Assembly (NCBI GenBank): GCA_951406725.2
Contig: OX597816.1
Location: 90,768,001 to 90,832,000 of the forward strand
From: Octopus vulgaris
Lineage: Eukaryota
Length of the DNA stretch: 64,000 bases
Reading direction: 5' to 3'
Under the pieces are notes generated by a model. That model searched no databases. It had not been told where the DNA came from and saw only the letters and a list, made by a program, of their open reading frames with translations. The position numbers were made by a program, and so were the translations under genes. Of the stretch, positions 40,085 to 52,142 are shown piece after piece; within the stretch, counting starts at the first letter, position 1, and every line of letters begins with the position of its first letter.

Positions 40085-41145
40085 AGTGATTTTTAACTTG
40101 GGGGAGAGGTACATCGATTAAATCTTCACTAAATTGAGTTGGACTTATTTTATGGATACCGGAAGATAAAGGAAAGGGTAAAGTTGATCCCGGTGTCATT
40201 TGAAAGCGGAACGTAAAAGGGCGTAGCAAAAAAAAAATATTGCAAGGCTTTTTCACTGACAATAGCATTTCTGTCATCTACCGATTTAACAAGAATAATG
40301 GTTTCAAATTTAGGAACAAGGTCAGAAATTTTAATGGTAGAGGTTAGTCGATAGCGTCGACCTGAGTATGTGACGAGTACTTTCTAGATCTTGAAAAGTG
40401 GGAAAGCAAATTTGATTTCGATGGAGTTTGAACTTAGAACGTAAAGAGTCGGAACAATTATTCTTTTCTACACTCGGCACGAGGCCCTACATTTTTGGAG
40501 AGGGGGACAGTTGATTGCACTGGCCCAGTATGCAACTGCTACATAATTTATCAACCCCGAAAGGATGAAAGGCAAAGTCGACCTCGGCGGAATTTGAACT
40601 CAGAACGTAAAGACAAACGTAATACCTATTTCTTTACTATCCACAAGGGGCTAAACATAGAGTGGACAAACAAGGACAGACAAACGGATTAAGTCGATTA
40701 CATCGACACCAGTGCGTAACTGGTACTTAATTTATCGACCCCGAAAGGATGAAAGGCAAAGTCGACTTCGGCGGAATTTGAACTCAGAACGTAAAGACAG
40801 ACGAAATACCGCTAAACATTTCGTCCAGCATGCTAACGTTTCTGCCAGCTCACCTCATAAAGTTGGAACAAATATTGCTAAGCATTCTTCAGAAGTTCTA
40901 ACGGTTCTAACTAATCCACCTCCCTAAAATGGAGTTTATAATTTAGACACAAAGTCAACAAGAATGAGAGGAATATCGAGTCGATTAAATCGACCATAGT
41001 ACTTCAGTACTTTATTATATCGACCCTTTGTGGATAAAAGCAAAAGTTAACCTTGAATGGACTTAAACTCAAAGCATAGAGAATCGCACAAATACCGCGA
41101 GTGATTTTATCTGATGCTCTAAGGAATCTGCCAATTTGCTGCCTG
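40085..41145 (-). mobile_element. Cluster of 4-5 co-oriented family A SINEs (dimer at ~40460-40860)
   Basis: Repeated family A bodies of varying divergence. Confidence 0.8.
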
Positions 41146-41575
41146 TTAAGTGGCTCCGTAAAATATATCGAATATATGCAATTTGAACTGTGTTATTAAA
41201 TTGATAGTTCTTGCAGAAAAAGTATGTTGTATATAACAAGCTAATTTTAGAGGTTGTATAGTTGTGCAGTGGTTTTAGTTTTTGTTCATATTTTTTTTTT
41301 TTTTCATATCCAACGATTAAATTAATATTGCTATCATTTTCACCCCCACTTTTTCGCCCACTGTCACTTCAAGTTCCTTTTATAACGATACCTTTTTGAC
41401 TTTCTTCCTGACGATATTTTGATCAGAAAAAAAAAATTGAAATGACTATGATTATGATAGCAGAAATGTTTAATTTAATTTCCTTGTCAGTGTGGAAATA
41501 TTTACCCGAGAATAACTATGCCATGTCAATGTCACATACTGGATTTTATGCGTGCTTTTACCATTTATTTTACAG

Positions 41576-41685
41576 TTTTGATAAGGAAGTGTCTGCTTAT
41601 AATACAATGGGCAACTCAACCTATTCGCTCATGTTTATTGATAAATCCTGTATTTGTGAGGAATGGACAGCCGGATATGATGTGG
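41576..41685 (+). CDS. Candidate internal exon, possibly the end of a fibronectin type III domain
   Basis: Acceptor ttttaccatttattttacAG, donor TGG|GTGAGT. Frame FDKEVSAYNTMGNSTYSLMFIDKSCICEEWTAGYDV contains VxAxNxxGxS and ends in phase 1. Confidence 0.4.
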
Positions 41686-43291
41686 GTGAGTGTTTATTCA
41701 TGTTGACTGCGTAGTCTGTAATTGATGTTAGTCTGTTTTATTAATTTATATTGGTATTTGTGTGTCTAGGAATTGATCTAATGCAGCAAAAACCAAAAGT
41801 CCCAGTCTTGCCTTTAGTCTGGAGATTTGCAACTATACTCGGCTTCTATTTTGGCTCACTTCTCTACTCAAACGTAAAGGATTCAAAGTCTTTGTATCAG
41901 CTTTAGAACCATGGATCCTAGATTTCATATTCAGTCTTTTCAGCGCACCTAAGTTTCAATTTAACAAGTATATGTATGTAACACACACACACACACAACT
42001 GAAAGTGGGAAATGGTATTAAAGGTATACACAAGCTATATGTATGTATAAATGTGTGTGTGTGAATGTATGTATGTATGTGTGAGCGCGTGTATGTTTGT
42101 GTATGTATGCATAAATGCACTAATTCTTCTACAGGATTCGTTTTATGATTTAATTTTTTCATTTAATTATGTAGTATTTTAATAGTTTATCTCAGTTTAT
42201 ATAACTTTCTAGGCTGACACACTAGTGATATATTTTGATTGGTTATCGACTAAACCCTTCTTTAAAAAAAGCGTTACTCTATGGCTTTGTTGAGCATCGC
42301 AGAAAATGCTTTGTGGAATTCGTTCTGTTTCTTTACATTCTGACTTAGAATCATGCCGAAGTGAACTTTATCTTATCCTGAGCAGTGGGACTTTAGGAAA
42401 ATGGGGCCTCATATTGTGTAGTTGTGGCTTTTTGTGTACTGAGTTTAAATTTACGCACAAATTCCCAATAGTCTACAAGGTAGTAAGGAGAGAATCAAAT
42501 AAGAAAGAAGAAAACAAATACGCAGCTCAATGAAATACTGCAGCTTAGTACCTTGAATGACTTTGGCGGAATTTATTCTGTTGCAAGCATTAGGTCCAGA
42601 TAGCTGGTTTGATCGCGGCATGTACGATACACGGCTTCCAACAACTGCTACTTTGATCGCATATCAGAATTCCCTCCATTTCTGGAATAACAGAGATATG
42701 CCCTTTTCTTGATAAATACTCCGGGCAAAGGCGCGTTGCACTGTCTCCTAGCTTGTAGAAATTGCCTGTTATAGGTAATTTCTCTTTGTGTTTAAATGTA
42801 CACTATTTTATATTGAATAGTATGTCGTCTATTTAACTTTTTATGCATGTTAGGCCACTGGTAGTAAATTTGTAAAAATTTAATACCCTATATAGATATT
42901 TAAGTATCGATATTAGCTTTTCAAAGTTCGTTTCGGCAGTCTGAAACTACGCATGTGTAGTGGATTTCGGAAAAATTATAAGATATAGAGATGAGACACG
43001 TGCTATCAGTCTCATAATAATAGGTTAATCTGGATGACTCGGTTACTGAAGGGATTTGCCTGGTAAATTAAATTATTATATTTCATTTACTAAAAAAAAA
43101 AAAAATGAAACCTATAGGTATAACCGTAAAAACAAGGTAAAAGTTTTTATTTTTCATTCTTTGAAATTGCTTAAATTTTTTTTTGTGTGGTCTTCAGTCG
43201 TTTTGACTGTCTCCTAGCGTGTAGAAATTGCCTGTTATAGGTAATTTTTCTTTGTATAAATATATAGAGGTGTGTATATATATATATATAT

Positions 43292-43341
<50 letters not shown>

Positions 43342-43380
43342 GAAAGAATGGAGTTGAACGACGATTTAACAAAATTCCTT

Positions 43381-43467
43381 TATTCTCGACATATGTTTCG
43401 AAGACTGCATATTCCTAATTCCGAGGCAATAAAGAGTGCATTATGCTGCCTTCTCATCAGAACAATA
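43381..43467 (-). ncRNA. Type I hammerhead ribozyme motif with long stem II
   Basis: TATTGTT-CTGATGA-GAAGGCAGCATA...TATGCAGTCTTC-GAAAC-ATAT-GTC-GAGAATA. Canonical core, stem II 11/12 paired, palindromic ACATATGT stem III, GUC triplet, stem I 6/7 paired. Confidence 0.85.
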
Positions 43468-43824
43468 TTTTAATTTCTATGTTGTTGACTGATCCCCTGT
43501 GTTTCTGTTCGGCGTGTTAGTATTATTACTAGTATTGTTATACATATACATACATACATAGCATATGTAATGATAATAATAAGTGGATGTAAACACATGA
43601 ACAAAATAAGAATAAACAAAAACAACAAAAACAAATTACATGAACGTATATAAACAGAAGATACAAATATTACAGGCATCCTAAATAAACCGCACACTAA
43701 ATACACTAAATAAACATAGACGCACATAGAGATATAAGCATGCGCAAATGAAGACATACAATAGAAATACAAAATGGCTGACGGTTAGTAAAGAGAGAAT
43801 CAAATAAGAAAGAAGAAAACAAAG

Positions 43825-43868
43825 GACCACTGATGCGGTCACAGGAGTGTGACGAAAGAACTCTGGCC
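43825..43868 (+). ncRNA. Variant hammerhead motif (A9 replaced by C)
   Basis: GACCA-CTGATGC-G-GTCAC AGGAGT GTGAC-GAAAG-AA-CTC-TGGCC. Perfect 5-bp stem II, CUC triplet, stem I 4/5. Confidence 0.6.
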
Positions 43869-43956
43869 GAAATAAGATTAAGATTAATGTAAAAAATAAA
43901 TAACACTGAAGCAAAATAACACCAAATATATAGTGCGTGTGTTTTTATTGACTAAA

Positions 43957-44056
43957 NNNNNNNNNNNNNNNNNNNNNNNNNNNNNNNNNNNNNNNNNNNN
44001 NNNNNNNNNNNNNNNNNNNNNNNNNNNNNNNNNNNNNNNNNNNNNNNNNNNNNNNN
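43957..44056. other. Assembly gap (100 N)
   Basis: Run of n. Confidence 0.99.
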
Positions 44057-45182
44057 GTTTATCTTAGTTTATATAACTTTCTAGGCTGACACACTAGTGA
44101 TATATTTTGATTGGTTATCGACTAAACCCTTCTTTAAAAAAAGCGTTACTCTATGGCTTTGTTGAGCATCGCAGAAAATGCTTTGTGGAATTCGTTCTGT
44201 TTCTTTACATTCTGACTTAGAATCATGCCGAAGTGAACTTTATCTTATCCTGAGCAGTGGGACTTTAGGAAAATGGGGCCTCATATTGTGTAGTTGTGGC
44301 TTTTTGTGTACTGAGTTTAAATTTACGCACAAATTCCCAATAGTCTACAAGGTAGTAAGGAGAGAATCAAATAAGAAAGAAGAAAACAAATACGCAGCTC
44401 AATGAAATACTGCAGCTTAGTACCTTGAATGACTTTGGCGGAATTTATTCTGTTGCAAGCATTAGGTCCAGATAGCTGGTTTGATCGCGGCATGTACGAT
44501 ACACGGCTTCCAGCAACTGCTACTTTGATCGCATATCAGAATTCCCTCCATTTCTGGAATAACAGAGATATGCCCTTTTCTTGATAAATACTCCGGGCAA
44601 AGGCGCGTTGCACTGTCTCCTAGCTTGTAGAAATTGCCTGTTATAGGTAATTTCTCTTTGTGTTTAAATGTACACTATTTTATATTGAATAGTATGTCGT
44701 CTATTTAACTTTTTATGCATGTTAGGCCACTGGTAGTAAATTTGTAAAAATTTAATACCCTATATAGATATCTAAGTATCAATATTAGCTTTTCAAAGTT
44801 CGTTTCGGCAGTCTTCATTTTCTGCCGACTGAAACTACGCATGTGTAGTGGATTTCGGAAAAATTATAAGATATAGAGATGAGACACGTGCTATCAGTCT
44901 CATAATAATAGGTTAATCTTGGATGACTCGGTTACTGAAGGGGATTTGCCTGGTAAATTAAATTATTATATTTCATTTACTAAAAAAAAAAAAAAATGAA
45001 ACCTATAGGTATAACCGTAAAAACAAGGTAAAAGTTTTTATTTTTCATTCTTTGAAATTGCTTAAATTTTTTTTTGTGTGGTCTTCAGTCGTTTTGACTG
45101 TCTCCTAGCGTGTAGAAATTGCCTGTTATAGGTAATTTTTCTTTGTATAAATATATAGAGGTGTGTATATATATATATATAT

Positions 45183-45232
<50 letters not shown>

Positions 45233-45640
45233 GAAAGAATGGAGTTGAACGACGATTTAACAAAATTCCTTTATTCTCGACATATGTTTCGAAGACTGCA
45301 TATTCCTAATTCCGAGGCAATAAAGAGTGCATTATGCCTTCTCATGTTATTATTATTACTAGTATTGTTGTTATACATACATACAAGCATATGTAATGAT
45401 AATAATAAGTGGATGTAAACACATGAACAAAATAAGAATAAACAAAAACAACAAAAACAAATTACATGAACGTATATAAACAGAAGATACAAATATTACA
45501 GGCATCACCCCCACAACACACTAAATAAACATAGACGCACATAGAGATATAAGCATGCGCAAATGAAGACATACAATAGAAATACAAAATGGCTGACGGT
45601 TAGTAAGGAGAGAACGCAAATAAGAAAGAAGAAAACAAAG

Positions 45641-45684
45641 GACCACTGATGCGGTCACAGGAGTGTGACGAAAGAACTCTGGCC
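45641..45684 (+). ncRNA. Variant hammerhead motif, duplicate of 43825-43868
   Basis: Identical sequence in the second copy of the duplication. Confidence 0.55.
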
Positions 45685-45826
45685 GAAATAAGATTAAGTT
45701 TAATGTAAAAAATAAATAACACTGAAGCAAAATAACACCAAATATATAGTGCGTGTGTTTTTATTGGCTAAACTGGCAAAATGACCATTCCGAAATATAA
45801 CAATATATATATATATATATATATGC

Positions 45827-45857
<31 letters not shown>

Positions 45858-45873
45858 TATGCATATATATATG

Positions 45874-45909
<36 letters not shown>

Positions 45910-46008
45910 TATATATATGCATGTATGTGCATATATATATATACATGCAAATATATACATATATATATATATGCATATATATATATATACACACACACAT
46001 ATATATGC

Positions 46009-46049
<41 letters not shown>

Positions 46050-46312
46050 AATATATATATACACACACACATATATGTATATATGCAAATATATATATAC
46101 ACATACATATATATAAATGTATATACATATATATGCAAATATATATATACACACACACATATATATAAATGTATATACATATACACATATATCTATATAC
46201 ATATATACGGTAGATAAATATAAATAAATGATATATGTTGGGCAATATGAGATCATGGTGTCTTTAAGTTTCACATTCATCGGCTTATGAAACTTTCTTT
46301 CGCATATTTTTG

Positions 46313-46364
<52 letters not shown>

Positions 46365-46955
46365 CGTAAACATATCTTTGTAGTTGTATACATGGTATAT
46401 GAGTTGGGTGTTTTGTTAGTGTTTGTATGCAGGTGATTTTCGTTGTATTTTAAAGAATATTCCATATCACACTCCATGCTGTTTTTGTATGTTATGTCAG
46501 GCCTCACCGGCGAATAAAGAAATAAATCACCATCATCATATCATCTTTATTGTCGTTACTCTTGCTATTATTATCTGCCTTCTTTCTGCTGTTGTCGTTG
46601 TCTCTTGTGTGTTGGTTTTCATGATCCTCAGTGCGCTTGGCCCTATGGTGATTGTTTCTGAGGTTTTATCATTCAGAATCTCTCTCTTCTCTTTTTTTTT
46701 TACATATCTTTTTTTTTTTTGCCCACTGATAACTTCTCCATTTCTTTTGCTTTGTAGAATCCAGATATCTATCATTAGATATTTTTCTGTCTGGTGGTCT
46801 CTGACAATCATTCTAGAGTGCTACAGTTGTTTGCTCTTATTGTGTCTGCGTGAAGAAATATGTCCCAGTAGCCTATTTTATAGATATTTGCATCTGTTAG
46901 GCGGAATGAGTTCAATTGCTGTATAACAACAACAACAATGATAATAATAATAAAC

Positions 46956-46999
<44 letters not shown>

Positions 47000-47654
47000 C
47001 TGCTATTGATATTATGTTATCTTGATAGTTTCTCTTAAAAGGACGAATGTGAGATTATGTAGGATCAAATGGTACCAACCAAGAACGACCAAAGTGAATT
47101 TTAGGAATGCAAAACGTTTTTAGCCACTTATTCGTTGCATCTTGGTGATATGTATCAACACATAGACACTCTTATATCCCGACAAAATTCCTTTTTCTGA
47201 TCTCTTTCATTTATCATTAGTTCTTTATTCAAAACTTCATCCGTTTCTATAAATTAGTGCACTGCAGTTATATGGTCTCTTTATTTATTAGAAATAGCAA
47301 ACAAACAAAAGTCAAGTTATATTTTATTGTTTTCTTTTATAAAAAGTGAAAGACACATTAATTAAAATATTCTTGGTCATCTCGCTAAAAATTAGGATGA
47401 TCATAGTTGAAATGCATTTGATTATAGGTTGCCCTAGGCAAAACAACGTATGTCATATTTCAGTATTATTTTTCATAACGTCTTTGCTTTTTTAAAATTC
47501 CTTATAATACAAATGATATATTGTTTAATAGCTTAGTCCAGACGTTATCAAACGGTGTTCCCCGGACTTTTGAAATAATAATTTAAAATCCATATTTATG
47601 TTAGTGAGTCTTGAAAAACTGTTGGGCGTGGCTGAGTGGTAAGAATATTGCTTC

Positions 47655-48923
47655 CGTGCATGCGTTGGTCAGTGTTTTTGTTTGCACTGATAGGAGTCAC
47701 GACGCTGTACACCAACGTTCTGAATTATTGAACAAGTGAAACACAACTACAAGGTAAGACATTTTTTGGGGGGTGGGGGGGATTCAGTGGGGGTTTGTTG
47801 CTCGTGTTTATTTATTTTGTCGAACAAGAAATCTCCACTGAGTTCTGGGCATTTGTCTGCCTGTAGTTGTGCTTAGAGTCTCACTTAGCGGTGAGAAGTG
47901 TGTTTTGAGGGCGTATCCCTACTCCAATAATTGCGAATATTGTGCTTATTTTTTTGCCCATTTTTTTGTGAAATTGTTGTGTGACTGCTTTGTGCCCTGG
48001 ATTACCAAGTGGATTACCAAGTTGGCCAGGAGTACCAAGACAGCCAGAAGAATAGTTTGATATTTTTGAACTGATTTTTTTCTTTTCTTCTTCCTTCCTC
48101 CCATAATTTTTTTTTAACTCTTTGAACTTTTGTTTTTCTGTGAACTTTTTTTCCCCAAAACATGGCAAAAAAGATGAACAACACTGCGTTGGAGGGGGAG
48201 ATTATCCCACCCAAACAGTGGATGAAAGACTTTGAAGAGAGGACGGTAGTGTTGAAGACTTACTCTAAGTCGCTCGACACCATCGCCCTCTTTAAAAAGG
48301 TACAAATTGAAAAAGAGTTGCCAGAGTATCTGTCATCTATAAAATTTATTGCCAGGGGTGTCAAGTATGCAACGGTGTGGTTTCTGTTTGACACCCCTGA
48401 GGGGGCTCGCAAATTTGCGAGCCAGCCCTTAGAGGGCAAAGAGATTTTATTTTTTCCCACGTAGTGTGGGAAGAAGTTGGCAAAAGCTTGGGTCTGCGGG
48501 TTGCCATCTGAGATAGAACCCAAGTGGATAGAAGACACTATCCGCCGCGGTTTGGGTGGCAGCGGATCCAAGCTGCTTAATGTTAAAATATTGCCGGCGG
48601 CTGATTGGGTTGGGCCAAAAGCTGTTTTGACCCTGTGGACCCAATCAGCTAAGAATCTGGTTTTTCCAGATTTTTTGAAAATGGCCGGTTACAGGTAACC
48701 AGTGATACTTGGGGGACGCCGCCACCAAGTGTCACCCGTGCCCAGAACCAGGCCACATTAAAAAGAACTTTCCCCAGGACCAGGAACAGTTGGTTGAGGA
48801 AGAGCTCCCCCTCCTCCTTCGGAGGGAGAGATGGAGGCAGTCGAGGAGGTGGAGTCTTCCCCGAAAAAAAGCCCACAAGCTTCCATCTGTATTATGCCTT
48901 TATGGCAAAAGTAATGAAACAAC
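47655..48923 (+). mobile_element. ORF1-only L1/Tx1-like non-autonomous retroelement inserted into a SINE head, with 12-bp TSD
   Basis: GAATATTGCTTC (47643-47654) / GAAGATTGCTTC (48924-48935). The SINE A box lies left of the insert and the rest of the SINE right of it. Confidence 0.72.
48162..48870 (+). pseudogene. L1/Tx1-type ORF1 (RRM-like region + CCHC knuckle) pseudogene
   Basis: Continuous frame through two stops: ...ATVWFLFDTPEGARKF...AWVCGLPSEIEPKWI...PVILGGR, then a frameshift to KCHPCPEPGHIKKNF (CX2CX4HX4C with the last C lost). Confidence 0.7.
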
Positions 48924-49272
48924 GAAGATTGCTTCACAACTACATGGTTCCGGATTCAATCCCACTTCGTGGCACCTTGGGCAAATGTTATCTACAATAG
49001 CCTCGGGCCGACCAAAGTGGATTTGGTAGACGGAAACTGAAAGAAGCCCGTCGTGTATATATGTATGTGTGTATGTTTGTTTCTGCGTTTGTCTCCCCAC
49101 CATCGCTTGACAACTGCTGTTGGTGTATTTATGTCCCCGAAACTTAGCGGTTCGGCAAAAGAAACCGATAGAATAAGTACTAGGCTTACAAAAAATAAGT
49201 CCTGGGGTCGATTTCTTGGACTAAAGGCGGTGTTCCAGAATGGAACGTGTAAACGTGTAAAAGAGTAAATGA
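48924..49272 (+). mobile_element. OR2-like CORE SINE (its 5' ~30 nt lie at 47622-47654)
   Basis: B box, CORE segment cgtggcaccttgggcaaatg and family tail. Confidence 0.88.
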
Positions 49273-49384
49273 GAGTATCATTAATAAAACAAGCAATAGT
49301 TTTCTACATTTTTTTCTATTTTTTTTAGTTTTAAAAATAGTATCGCTTACCTTTCAATGAAAAGCGCGCCAATATTTTTCTTTT

Positions 49385-50018
49385 TATTTAATATGCAATC
49401 TGCATTGCGTAGGTAATTGTTTATTTAATCTTTAGTACGTCACAAAGACAAAAACAGAACTATCGGTTTAGTCAGATTAGAAAGGGCAGCGCACATGACA
49501 TTTGCAGGTCCTCCATAAATGGTGGTGAATGGAAGTAGAAACTATGACTTATGAGTTGTTGTAGTAGATATGCGAAACCTGTTCCAATGTTTACAACTGA
49601 GCGTCTTCCGACAAAGGCACCTAAGATCTAGATTGTAACGAAAGAGAATAACCATAAGATTTCTATTTTTAATTATATTTGCACATTCATAAATATTTAA
49701 TATGCAATCTATTTAATATGCAATCTGCATTGCGTAGGTAATTGTTTATTTAATCTTTAGTACGTCACAAAGACAAAAACAGAACTATCGGTTTAGTCAG
49801 ATTAGAAAGGGCAACGCACATGACATTTGCAGGCCCTCCATAAATGGTGGTGAATGGAAGTAGAAACTATAACTTATGAGTTGTTGTAGTAGATATGCGA
49901 AACCTGTTCTAATGCTTACAACTGAGCGTCTTCCGACAAAGGCACCTAAGATCTAGATTGTAATGAAGGAGAATAACCATAAGATTTTTATTTTTAATTA
50001 TATTTGCACATTCATAAA
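49385..50018. repeat. Tandem duplication of ~309 bp with an extra 16-bp junction repeat
   Basis: 49385-49693 and 49710-50018 differ by only a handful of substitutions. Confidence 0.92.
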
Positions 50019-50805
50019 CTATATCTATTTAAAAAAATTTCTTCACTGGTTTCTAAATTCTGCGTTTTTTTTCCCTGCCTTAACATTTATGTGAAAGACC
50101 TACTTAAGAATTTTTTTCCTTCTTCGAACTCTTTAAATCCTGTATTTTACTATTAATCTTCCCAACAAGCGTTAGGGGATTTGACATTTTAAGTTTAATG
50201 TTTACGTTCTTAGTTCGAATTCAACAGAATCCTTATGGATCCATGAAGTCAACTAATGAATAATAACTGAGTGATTCTGTGCCAGTATTAGAACTCAATA
50301 TAAATTAGGTACAAGCTGTATTATGCATATATCATAAATGTTTTAATTGCATTCACGAAGCGCTTATAATTTTACTTTTTATATCATACGTGTAAACTAT
50401 TTTCATTCTTTTCCTCAAGGTAAATTACTAACACACACACACACTCACACATTCTCTCTCTCTCTCTCTCTCCTCATCAAGTGTTGCAGGAAACAAACTA
50501 GTTTCTGTTCCAGAGATATGAAAACCTGGTCGTACATGAGCTTGCCTCTCAGTACTTTATGTGAATATCTTTCTGTGCCTAGTGTTTAGTGAGCGTGGAA
50601 GTTATGTTTAGGAGGAAGAGCATTGAGATTTATTCTTTACATATCCTGAACTAATGTAATCTGACTGAAACTAGAAAAAGATAGTTTACAATTGTCTTTT
50701 GTTTTTGGTAATCTTTGACTACGCTTATCTTTCCTGTCGAGCAAGCACTCCATTATTGTTGTTGTTGGTAGTGTTGTTGCTGTCGTTGTTGTTGTTATTA
50801 TTATT

Positions 50806-51365
50806 AAGGCGGCAAGCTGGCAGATTCGTTAGCATGTTAGGCAAAATGTCAGGCGGTATTTTGTCCGTCTTTACATTCTGAGTTCAAATTCCGTCGAGGC
50901 CAATTTTGGCTTTCATCCTTCGGAGTTGATAAAATAAGCACCAGTTGAATGCTGGAGTCGGTGTAATCGACTTAGCCCCTCCCCGAAATTGCTGGCCTTC
51001 TATCAAAATTTGAAAAAAACATCATTATTAAGGCGGTAAAAGGCAGTGAATCAGCAGAATGGTTAGCACGCCGGGTGAAATGCTTGGTGGTATTTTGTCC
51101 GTCTTCACGTTCTGAGTTCAAATTCCACCAAGGTCGCTTCGGGGTCGATAAAAGAAGTACCAGTTGGACACTGGAGTCAATGTAATCGATTACCCGTTCC
51201 TCTCGGAATTGCTGGCATTGTGCCAAAATTTGAAATCATTATTATTATTGCTATTATTACTGTTGTTATGGTGGTGAATAGGTAGAATCGGTACAACCCC
51301 GAGCAAATGCTTTTCAGTATTCCGCTACCTTCAAAATTGCTGGCGTTGTGCCTAAATTAGAAACT
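50806..51365 (+). mobile_element. Three tandem family A SINEs separated by (ATT)n
   Basis: AAGGCGGCAAGCTGGCAGATTCGTTAGC...GAGTTCAAATTCC heads at 50806 and ~51030; third copy internally deleted. Confidence 0.8.
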
Positions 51366-51670
51366 TTTATAACCATTATTATTTCGGCGTCTAGAATTCT
51401 GCTAGGCCTTCGCTGCACTCTACCATGTAGGCTATCCTTTCGATGAAACATTAACTCTCCCAATCTATGGGGAGTGGTGTTAATTGCGAACATTAAGTGA
51501 CTATTGACTGCCAACAGTTTAAGGTGTTGACAACTACTGTTTGAATAATCCTTACTGGAGGGCTTCCGGGCAAGGATTATAAGTAATTTCCTAAAACCCT
51601 TGGCCTGACATTGCTACAGGCGGCACTGACTATCTGGGATAAATTTTGTAGGTACGACAGTATTGCAACT

Positions 51671-52142
51671 TGTGATTGTGACCCCCTTCGGTCATGAATG
51701 ACCATGGGATTGCACCTGGAAAGTCACCTTCCGAGGCACAAGTCTAGGCAAGGTTGTTTATGGAAAACCAGCAGTCGCCCATGCATACCAGCCTCCCCTC
51801 TCCACGCCACCGATGCTATCCAAGGGAAAGGCAAAGGCCGATACAGCTTCGCACCTGTGATGTCGCAGCTCATTTATTAACGTGCAAGTGGCCGAGCATT
51901 TCACAGACATGTGTACCCTTAACGTAGTTCTCGGGGAGATTCAGCGTGACAAGGCTGGACCATTGAAATACAGGTACAACAGAAACAGGAAGAAAGAGTG
52001 AGAGAAAGTTGTGGTGAAGGAGTACTGCCGGAGCTTTAGACGTTTTTTCTCAATAAACACTCACAATGCCCAGTCTGGGAAGCGAAAGCACGATCCTACG
52101 ACTGCGAGTCGGCTGCCCTAATCACTGGGCCATTGCGCATCC
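51671..52142 (-). mobile_element. Composite tRNA SINE (family C head/body + second module) with 14-bp TSD
   Basis: ACAGTATTGCAACT at 51657-51670 and 52143-52156. Head GGATGCGCAATGGCCCAGTG matches 25320-25390. Confidence 0.8.

Larger units (their letters stand above)
42185..45772. repeat. ~1.75-kb near-identical direct duplication either side of the assembly gap (42185-43956 / 44057-45772)
   Basis: Identical ORFs at 42306 and 44178; the copies differ by SNPs and indels. Confidence 0.92.

Noticed and set aside
46423-46926. 167-aa hydrophobic ORF as a membrane protein
   Set aside because: Low-complexity T-rich sequence with no recognisable motif or splice support.
47754-47866. Intron in the leader of the ORF1-only element (GTAAGA...CTGTAG)
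   Set aside because: Splice motifs alone are not enough, and a retrotransposed copy would be expected to have lost it.
51705-51760. HDV-like ribozyme in the RTE-like module
   Set aside because: P1, P3 and P1.1 cannot be built without several mismatches in this copy; a consensus-level search would be needed.
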